64,000 nt of DNA from Auanema rhodensis (taxonomy: Eukaryota; Animalia; Nematoda), in the NCBI GenBank assembly GCA_964057225.1, contig OZ059896.1, forward strand, positions 16,678,001-16,742,000, written 5' to 3'. This document shows, piece after piece, positions 53,670 through 64,000 of this stretch (position 1 is its first letter; every line of letters starts with the position of its first letter). The translations under genes were made by a program, and so were the position numbers. Under the pieces are notes generated by a model. That model did not search any database, was not told the DNA's origin, and saw nothing but the letters and a program-made list of their open reading frames with translations.

Positions 53670-56429
53670 TTAGAAGAGTCTCACAACCTTTCCGTCATTT
53701 GGAATATCATCGTAGTTGGCTCCATCATCATCTCCGTAGTCGAATCCTTCAGTAGCGGCATCAACTCCTTCAACAGCGTTGGTCTTCTGAAAATGATTAA
53801 GAATTAGAAAATGGCCGTTATTAAGTTGAATTACAGGTTTTGGTGTAGTGACTTGAACAGTTGGAACAACAGTTGGAGCTGGTTGTTCGGAACTTGAGGT
53901 ATGCTCTATAGTTGGTTCAACATGAGCGGATGGAACAATTTCGTTCTTAAAAGTTGGAGCAACTGGGACTTCTGGACGATCCTCGTTCAAACTGTCGTAA
54001 TCATCACCATCAACCTCCTCAATCTAAATTTCGTATTATAATATAATAAATCAGCTGATTATCCTACAGTTTCAGTAGTGCTTTCTGGGGCGAATGGTTG
54101 AATCGTCTGAGCTGGAGCGGAGGTAGTGGTGGTGCCAATAGCTTGAACTTCTTGATGAACAGAATGGAAATCTAATCCTCCGCTCTTTTCTCCAACAGTG
54201 GATGGAGTTGGTACTTCCTCTTCCTCCTCTTCCTCATCTTCATCTTCGACATTTTCTGGAGATTCTTGGCTAACGATAGTCTTGATAACTCCGGAATGTC
54301 CGTTGTTATGCTGTCCTTGATCAACATTAGTAGATTCATTAATGGTTACTGGTCCTGGGACTGGAACAACTGGAGCGCTTGGATGGCTGACGGTAGTTGG
54401 TACAACATGAACAGTGTTAGTTGGGGCTGGAGCAACTGGAGCAACTGGAGCAATTGGAGCAACTGGGGCTACAGGCTCGACTCCTACAGGTTGGACAGTG
54501 ATAGATCCAGTAGTGATTGACTTGACTACGGATGGGACGGGTGGAGCAGGAGCAGCAATTGGAGCTGGGTCTACGACAGTAACTGGGATAACTGGGGCTG
54601 GTCTGACTGGTTCAGTAACAACAGTGACAATTTCAGTCTTGTGGGTTACTGGAATGTGAGGTACACGAGCTGGAACAACTGGAGCAACATGGGAAGCTGG
54701 CACAAGAGTCTTTACAACTGGTCTCTGAAAAATATTTTCTCTTATTCAAAACGGAAAAATGACACTTACAAGTCCTCCGGTTTGTTGAGCTGGATTGTAT
54801 CCTTCGAAATCATCATAGTTAGCTCCTCCCTCCTCATCATACTTTCCTTGATGTCCGTTCTTTCCTCGAATCTTTTGCTCCTTGATGTTTCCGAGAACAC
54901 CCTTGTAATCAGTTGGAATTGGCTAAAAATGTGACCAGTTATTGATGGAATAGTGAAATACGATTTACCTCTTCTCCGACGTTAACAGCAGTATGAGTAT
55001 TACCTTGAACACCAGAAGATGGAACAACAACTTCAGTTGGAACAACTTGTACAGATGGTACAGAAACATCTCCACCGGTTGTAATAACTTGTGGATGAAT
55101 AACATTCTGAAAATTAATTATAACTTGATGAAATTGATTGTTCGCTGTTGTTTTAAGAGATACGTTTATCGTTCTCAACAGAGATTTAGCTATTTTTCAA
55201 ATGTATCTCGTTTTTGACTTAAGAAATAATAGTCTTGTTAGCATTGCGCAAGTTATAAAAACATCTTTGTTTTAAGTGATGAGATTAGAAACCGGATAAA
55301 AATGACTTTTTTTGATTTTAAATTTCGGATATGGATTCAGATAAAAAGTAGTTTTGAATGATTTAAGATCATCTTGATAATGACATTATCATTTTATAAA
55401 TGCTTACGGTTTGTCCAGATGGTACTTCAATCACAGTGGTTCCATGTGGCTCGAAAGTTGGCTGTTGTGGACCTTGTGGAACAACATAGACAGATTGTTG
55501 TTGTTCTTGTTGTCCTCCGATAACTCCTGGGGTAATGTACTGTAAATTAATTGAAATTATGGTTTGACATAGTGGTAGACATACTCCTCCAGATGGTTGT
55601 TGTGGAATGTATGATGGCTGTTGTTGTGGAATGTATGATGGCTGCTGTTGGGGAATGAAAGCTGGTTGTTGCTGAACAACTTGTTGCTGTTGCACGCCAC
55701 CATCAAAGGCTGGAGTTGGATACTGTAAGTAAAGGTTATAGTATCACTGGTGTTTGGTAGTCCTTACTCCTCCGAGGCTTGGTTGTCCTCCTCCAACTTG
55801 TGGAAGAAGATTCAATGGAGCTTGTTGTGGTACAGCTGAAAAAGATTTAATCATAAAATTAATTTACTATTGATATTTATTCATTGAAGACCATTATTTA
55901 ATATGATTAAAAAACGAACTTGGCATAACGTAAGCGTTGTTTGGAATCTGGGCTTGAGGTGGAGCAGCGAATGGCTTAAAATAATTAATTTAATATCTCA
56001 ATTTTAATGATCAAATCTTACAAGCACAGGAGCAGCTTGGAATGCTCCAGCAGGAGCAGTGACATAAGCTCCGGCTGCTGGTGGGGCAGCAGCACTAAAA
56101 TTAGAATATAAATAGATTACAGTGATAATTGTTATAATAATTAAATAATTGTTTAAATACTTACGCTTGAGCAGCACCACATGGGTTAGAGCATGATGGA
56201 GCTGCTGGATGGCAGCAACCTCCAGAAGAACCTCCGAAAAGGCCTCCGATGCAAGCCAATGAAGGGGTAGCAAGAGCCAATAATATCTGAATCATGAATC
56301 ATGGCGATAATGATAGTTCAAAATTCCATTTAATTAATTTAATTAGCTTAATTAATATAATAATAGGAATTACAAAAAATAATTTAAGCATATTTCATGA
56401 AATACACGTACCAGAACAGATTTAGCCAT
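53670..56429 (-). CDS. Secreted Pro/Val/Gln-rich cuticle-like protein (paralog B)
   Basis: MAKSVL|ILLALATPSLA-CIGGLFGGSSGGCCHPAAPSCSNPCGAAQA, then AAPPAAGAY, (PSYIPQQQ)n, (VAP)n, an acidic run and the end ANYDDIPNDGKVVRLF*. An alternative last exon near 53457-53422 is possible. TATA-like sequence at 56535-56543. Confidence 0.85.
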
Positions 56430-57315
56430 TATTCAGTCGAAAGCTGCTAATACACACTGATGTTCAGATGCTATTGAATAGGTTGACTACTGCTTCTGTA
56501 GGTAGCTTCCTAACGAAAATGATCAGCTTGTTTGATATATATAGTGATGGCTAGGCGCGAACTTGAAAATCGCTTAGCTGGCCAAGGCAAAAGAAATAAT
56601 GAAAGAGGAAAAAAGGTGGTCCATGCTAGTCAGAGATTCCCATCCTCGCTATAGGTAGGTTCGAACTACTTTTTTGGCTGCAAATCTCATGATACGCTAG
56701 TTGCGCTACCAGATTTCGTGAAGTGAAACGATGATCTAATGGATATCTGAAAGAAAAGACAGATGTGAGAGATGAACAAAAATTATCAGAATCAAAAGAG
56801 AGCCGAAAAAAGATTGAAATTTTGAATAAAAAAACAGATTTTAACTGATAAAAGAAACAAGATAGAGAAAAAGAGAAACAGAGAGAGAAATTGTTTACAA
56901 GAGGACTTGTAGTCTATCTGTGTATATTGAAGAAAGGGAGTAAGAGAGAAACATAAAGAAAAAGAAAAGAATAAGAGAAATTAATATTAAGAAAAAGAGA
57001 GAGAAAGAGATGATTCTGCATAATAAGGTATTGGAGAGAATTGATGAAAATATTAGGAAAATGTAGGCTTTGCAAGATATTTCGCCGTTCACTTCAGTTT
57101 CCGCTTTTTTCGAGCTTTTCCTTCTTTTCGTTAAACTTTTCTACATATTTTCAAACATTATCTTGATCATATCCAATCATCATTTGAATCATTTACTATA
57201 AAGATATTCATAAATTCCAAAGACTTTTTGATATATATATCTGTATGTATGTATATTCATTTTCTGCAAAATAGTCTTATACATCCATCTATACCTTTTT
57301 CACACTTTATCTTTC

Positions 57316-57375
<60 letters not shown>

Positions 57376-60300
57376 GATTGAAGAAGAGCGTTTTTGCTTC
57401 TGGCTGTTTTCACCTCATACTTGCTGCATGAATCTACACTAGAATCGTTATAGATTTCGTTTTTACTTCTTCTCCACTTTCGTTTCGTTTCACAGACCGT
57501 TTCCGAATCGTTTTCATCGTGTACGGCCATGAAACATTCATCTAATAAACTTTAAAGAGTGAGGACACAAAAGTATGATGGATGTTGGCTAGTTTTGAGG
57601 AGACAAAACCATATATCATCAGTTACAAATCGTATTTTCTTGCCTTGTTTGTCTTTGACCTTTCAGTTTAGTCACACATCTTCATATTCACATATGCAAG
57701 TTATAGCCTACCGTCGTCAAAGCCTCATTAATTTCATTGCAATAGATGTAAAATGTACAATTTTTGCTTTTACTTTTATAATTTATACTGTGGGGTCTTT
57801 TCTTCCCTGCCCCTCCATCCACTTATTATACAAATCTTCAGAATAGACAAAATTTTCTTATTAGTGTGCTAAGAAGTACTACCAGTCAGAATGATAAAAA
57901 TTTCAGCCAATGATAAGCTCATACAAATATGGTTTTTGAGTTGTTACCAGTACAATTTGTAAAGCTGTAAGTTGATAGAATCATAGAGTTTTAAGTATAA
58001 GTATAGATATATATTTTTAAAAAAATTATATACTTTGAAATCGATACATACATATTACAATATATTTATTTACATATATGCAAACCATCTACCATCTACC
58101 ATATACCATATGTTTTGGACTTATTTTCCTAATCAACTATTCAAAAATAAGCCAACTATATTTAGCATATTTGATATGATATCACATATAGCATAGTATT
58201 CACGTGAAATTACGTGACACATGGTAAGTTCATTGTCAGACAATCAAAAGCATAGAACGGTTGCATATGTTATGCATAGACATTAAAAGCACAACAATCT
58301 TTACTCATCATACCGATGATGTGTGCGAATATGATTCCTTGCAGCTTTTTATGATTTTCTGTCTGTTTTCTTTGATAAATATTAAAAACAATATAGATAT
58401 TTGTTCTATTTATAGATTTTACTTTCTTGTTGATGCATGAATAGTTCATGTCAAATAATTTACTTCCTCATAGAAATTCAACGGAAGTTTTTTGAACAGT
58501 TAAAGTTTACTTTATGATGTTATATAAGAGGAAATTAGAGGTTTTGACTTCTTTTCAATGAGCTTCAAATTAGCTAAATTAATGAAGATAATAAATAATA
58601 TTATGTATTTAAGCGTTATATATATGTGTGTATGTATGTATATCTAAAAGATTCACAACATACACATACACACAGAGAGACAACACAGTCGTAATCTCAA
58701 TTATAAGTTGATTCTGAAGAAATAAATTAAAATTCTGAGAATGATTATACATAAGCATGAACATACATACATATACATACATATGTAGTACATGACGTTA
58801 TGTATAGATACTATGTACATATCTCTTATTTCACTTTCATTTATACATATTATATTAAATATCAAAGTGATTTATACACATCAATATAAAATTTCTTTCA
58901 ATTTTTTTATTAAAAATTCAAAATATTGATCAGACAAGTAATAAAATTTTAGATCATTTGATTGTATATAAATGATCAAAAATTATACATAATATATAAA
59001 TATATTTAAATATAGATATATTGATAGAAAAAGGTTCAATATCACTAATTCTGTGAAAAATAATACAAAAAGATTAAAATTAAAAGTTTTATAGAACATT
59101 TTTACTTTTATTAAGTTTCAAATCATAATCATTGATTTCTAAAAACAAGAACATGTTCATATGAACATCAGTTAGTGGATGTTCTTAAGTCCATTTTAGT
59201 ATTTTCTATATGAAAATATCATTCCAAATCTTATTACTTCCTTCTGAGTACAAATCCATTTAAACGAACATTCATTTATAAATCCACATAGTTAAAATAA
59301 TTTATTTTTACTGGACGTTTATAGTTCAGTATCACAGTATGAGGTCAAAAGAAAAAAAAAGCAAAGAAACTGAGAACTATTGCATGCGATGCAGATATAG
59401 TATGTACATTTTATTTTAATTTTTTAAATTAAAATATTGCTCCAAGTTGGTAATAAGATTTTTGTTAAGTTCAATCATAATGTTTCTTATTCTTCAAGTT
59501 TGTCAGTTATCATAATTATGTGTTATTTCGTATAACTTTGATGTAAAGTATTTTTTTTTAATATTATCTTCAATGTTGTATACATAATTAAAAAAATATA
59601 TAAAATTATTCATTTAATAATTTACAAATTTTTGTACATAAGCTATGTATAAGTATAATAATATGTATATATATAGTAGTATGTTTATAAAAATATGTTT
59701 AACTATCGATTAAGAATTCTAAATTACTATAATAATAAAAGAAAAATGATTCTGAGTTTTTTTTTATAATATAGACGACAAGCCTTTTCACTTTTCCATC
59801 ACATATAAGATCATTATAAGATATATATATATATACTATATCATAAAATACCTGATATAGATTTTTATAAGAAAGAAATTCTATTATATGATATAGATAC
59901 ATATTCTCATATATGATTTTCATAACAGTTAGCGAAGTAAAAAAAATGGAAGAAAAGTATATGTATATTTCATGGGAATAGCCATGATATGAGATCACAA
60001 AGCATAAAACGGGTTCAAAACCTGACTGTGAGAATTCGTGAATTGAAAGGTTAATCATATATTATATGTAATTATCAAAGAATGGATAGATATACATAGA
60101 GATAGAGATAGAGATAGAGAGAGATAGAGAGAGTATGGGAGGAGCATACAAACGATTTTCTTGGGATAGCAGAATAGAAAGTTATCGTACATGTTGAAGT
60201 ATAAAAAAGTAAAATAGAACATTCAGTGAATTATGAATATAGCGAGGTTGCAAGGATATGACTTTTTTTCCGGAAACATCATATCACATTAGGCAATTCA

Positions 60301-60637
60301 GTACGTTTTCCAAGGCTTTTCTCAAGGTATGTACGGCACACAAGCTTCAGAAATTACGAGGAAAAAAACATTGAAAACATGAGATAGTTTGTAGATGAGA
60401 ACCGAAAAATCTCTTGAGACATAATGATTTTTAAATATATATATATATAGTATATGTATGTAATGGGTAGATAGATCTACGGCATTTTTTCAAAAAAAAA
60501 ACAAAATGACAACAGCTGAAATGGCGATTCAGTATAACGATGAAGCCACTACAAACGACTAAAAAAATTTGATAAGGCTAATAAACAGGAGGAATACAAT
60601 GGCTTTATATGATCTGCCTATCTATTGCCTTAACATG

Positions 60638-61619
60638 TTAGACTGTGTTTGAGAAAATGGGCTGTTGACGCATGGCCAACAGCGTTTTCAGGAGGTCGTC
60701 TGAAGCGGCTGAGGTAAGAGACATATGGTCTGGTTGGGTTGTAATATACAGGGGATGCTGAGGCTGCGGTGGTGGAGCCTGATGTTGAGCTTGATTTTGT
60801 TGATGTAGCTGCTGCTGATTACGGAGTATGGCCAATAAGTCCGGCTGGTTATGAACTGGAACTGGAACTTGCTGTTGCTGTTGAGGCAACTGTGTTGCTT
60901 GATTTGCGGTCAGAATGCTAAGTAGCTGTTGAAGACAAGCATTTTGTTGCTGAGCTTGTTGTTGTTGTTGTTGTTGTTGCTGCTGTTGGAGCAATGAAGT
61001 TTGAAGCAAAATCTGGGGGTTAAGTAGGCTGACCAATTGATCAGCTGACATCATTGAGGCCGTTGTTGTTGGCTGAGGAAGACTCATATTAACGTTGTTA
61101 CGTTGGAGCTGATTATGATTCATCAAGAATGGAGAAGAGATTCCAGTAGCCGGTACTGTCATGGAAGCAGCTGATGTCATTGAAGTAATTGGTACTTGGC
61201 TGACAGTAGGCTGTGTTGGAAGGAAGTTCATTCCGGTGGTTACTGTAGGGAATGAAGATACGGTAAGCATTGGAGAAGCTGTAGCTGGAATGGATGGAAT
61301 AGTTGTGGATGAAGCAGAGGCGGTGATTGGAAATGGTGTAGGAGTAGATGTAGATGGAAGAACAGATGGATTTGGAATAGGGGTTGATGATGTAGTTGTT
61401 GCAACATCAGATGAAGTGGATGTGGTGGTTGTAGAACTAGCAGGATTTTCGTTAGATTCCTGGAAACAAGCATAAATAGTTAAAAATCAAGAATCATAAC
61501 GAAAACTTACATCATCCACGAAAAATTTCAAGGCAGGAATAGTTGGAAGTAAAATGTATCGGCCTTTCTTCTCTTTTACATTTGGTGGGGAAATCTTAGG
61601 AATATCTCTGTATGGTTCC
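60638..61619 (-). CDS. 3' exons of a Ser/Thr/Gln-rich low-complexity protein (5'-partial)
   Basis: Exon 61619-61511 (EPYRDIPKISPPNVKEKKGRYILLPTIPALKFFVDD) splices to a long terminal exon (~61460-60638) with polyQ and Q/P-rich tracts ending LLAMRQQPIFSNTV*. Upstream exons were not confidently found in the window. Confidence 0.75.
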
Positions 61620-64000
61620 TGAAAAATGATAAAAATGAATTTTTCTTATATTAATTGATATTAGAAATGATTTTTGATTGTTTAAGTGATTGAAAACATT
61701 AATCTGATGCTTTTTTGCAAATTTTATAATCAAGTATGGGTTACGACTAAATCTTTCATAAAAGATATACACATAGTATATGTATGTACTATGACTCGAA
61801 CGTTTAAAATAGTTAATTTGAAAAAATTACTCTGCGACTCTCACAAGCATATCATCAAGACAAAGTTTTATAAAGAGAAAAAAGCCTTCCCCCTTCATTC
61901 CTCATATTCCCTTTTTTCTTTCTCAACATTCAGTCTTATTATTGAATCGAAATATTTTTTATTCTGGTCCCATAGCTTAAGAGATAACGTTGAACTCCAG
62001 AAGAGTGCTATACACATTCAAAGGTTCAACGGAATCATCAAAACATGTTATTGCCAAGTCAGGATACGAGCCGAACGACGAGCGTTTTGAGGGAAAGCCA
62101 GTGCAACTGAATGATATAGAACAGAGAACATAGAGAAATAGTGAGTAAGGAAGTAAGTGATAGGAACAGATAGAGGAAACAAGAGAGAGAGAAAAAACGA
62201 AGAGAGAGGAAGGAGAGTAAGAGATGGGAGCTCAGACGATCATTTGAAACAGAGAAAGAGTTCCTGTAAGCTGACATAACTGAAGAGAAAAGGGGAAAAT
62301 AGGGAAATATCAGAGAATACATAGAGAAAAGACCTTTTGATATTTCAGTATAAACAAGCTCTTTACTAATGATCAGAGAGACCATTGGACAAGTTGAAAG
62401 TTGCCCTTCTACAACGGATTAGGCTTCTCGCCATTAATTCTCAAAACCTCATCTATTTTTCCAGCAGTTTGCACTGAATGAACGTATTATATCTGAACAG
62501 TATTTTCAATAATAGATATATATCTAATACTGCTCTTTAACTATTATTAAAGAATAAAATTCAAAAATAATATAGTGAAAAGGTACAGATAAGCGTTTTT
62601 ATTATTTTCTGATTTCCCTCTAGTCACTGTTTTTTTCAAAAAAAAATTTTAAGGAATAGCTGAAGCATGTATGAACCGGATACAAAAATGTTTTTTCCGG
62701 ATAAAATTTTTTTTTATTTCGTTATTATTTTCTAGCTCAGCTCATAAGATGCATCAAAAATGAAAGTTTTTCAAACTTTTCTATATTTTCTCAAACATTA
62801 TTTGACCAAAGACTATGACTATATTGAGTAACAAATCAGAACAAAATTATGATCTCAAATATGATTTTTAATTATATTTTCTAATTTTATCATATAAAAC
62901 CACTATAAGAGCAAGAAAACATTTCACATGTCCTATCTTTAATTATATTTATATACATATATGTATATAATATTTGAAAAAATATTAATTTAAACTAGAA
63001 ATACATATATGTATGTATATAAGTGTTTCAGGTGAACAAGCTTCAATTCAATAGCATTTTAGATTTCTCAGACTTAGTTGAATATGTCTGAGAAAGATAA
63101 TCCTTTTTACTATATATGAAAACAGGTATTTTTAGTTCATAATCAATTATAGACAGAGAATTACTTCAAAATGTCTCAAATAATTATAAAACAATTGAGA
63201 AATGAAGAGATTTCATCTCTATATATAAACTAAATATATATAGTTTAAACATTATTTATTAATTTGTTTAACTTTTTTTTCTTTGTAATTGAATCTGAAT
63301 ACTTTATATACTCAAGACATATTATCCTCAGAGTTACAGCAGATTTTTCTGATAGATTGTAAGATAAGAAAATAGAATTAAAAAGTTCAAATTGAACAAA
63401 TAAAATCAAAAAACTACAAGACTAATCTATTGATGTATACGGTGGCCTTATCTTCTTCTATCATTCACTTTCTTTTATTAAGAAGTATATTAAGAATTTG
63501 ATATTTTTTTTCTCATTCAAATCAGCATTTGCTAAGTTTTTAATCTATATTTGGACTGATTGACGTATTGAGCTGTACAAAAGTCTTCTAGACGTTTATC
63601 ATCAATAATAGGTTATACAATAATATGTTTCCGTCAGATCTTTCATCAGCCTTCGTGAGTACAGATCAAACATGAATACATGCAAACTGTGTGGGTGGAT
63701 GAATATGAGTCAAGTATTCTATCCCTTTAGCTTATGGCGTCACTATTTTTGTATATGTTGCGAGAATAAGCTCTTAAAAAGCTAAAAGGAACCAGTTATC
63801 TTTAGAAAAGTGCTGAAGAACCTTGTAACAGCTGCTGGTTGTTTTTATCAGTTTTTACCGCTAGTATATTTCATTAAGTCTTCAGTAGCAGCAGCAGTTT
63901 CCCGCAGTCTCATATGATTTTCATCAAAAATTATTTTCTTCTTCAAAAATTCACCATTTTCTCATTACTATCTGGGCTATATTCTGTTCGAATTGCTAAA

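Noticed and set aside
61960-64000. Candidate upstream exons of the Gln-rich gene
   Set aside because: The frames I tested hit stops before a donor site, apart from a short possible exon at ~63995-63955, so none can be supported.

Overview
Eukaryotic, very AT-rich, intron-dense genomic DNA from a rhabditid (Caenorhabditis-like) nematode, judged from the TTTCAG acceptors, 40-60 nt introns and a near-identical vha-8. Spliced genes reconstructed by hand, in order: an RF-peptide neuropeptide precursor, a Gly/Tyr-rich secreted peptide, SELENBP1/methanethiol oxidase (semo-1-like), an orphan 7TM protein, vha-8, an 87-aa protein resembling a stand-alone CBP/p300 NCBD domain, two srx-type chemoreceptors, a Mn-clade CDF transporter, a ClC channel, an SLC41/MgtE transporter, two paralogous Pro/Ala/Tyr-rich secreted cuticle-like proteins, and the 3' end of a Gln-rich protein. 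The most unusual material is mobile DNA between 9.4 and 17.7 kb. One element is 641 bp with Maverick/Polinton-type ends (AGTAGT...ACTACT, 6-bp TSD GAGCAG). The other is a 2.3-kb CACTA...TAGTG element (57-bp TIRs, 4-bp TSD CGAA, Chapaev/CMC-like) inserted at the end of a decayed Tc1/mariner. Its only cargo is a decayed Maverick-type protein-primed DNA polymerase B fragment and an intron-containing retropepsin-like protease fragment. All family assignments come from motif recognition, not database searches, and gene coordinates are gene spans including introns.
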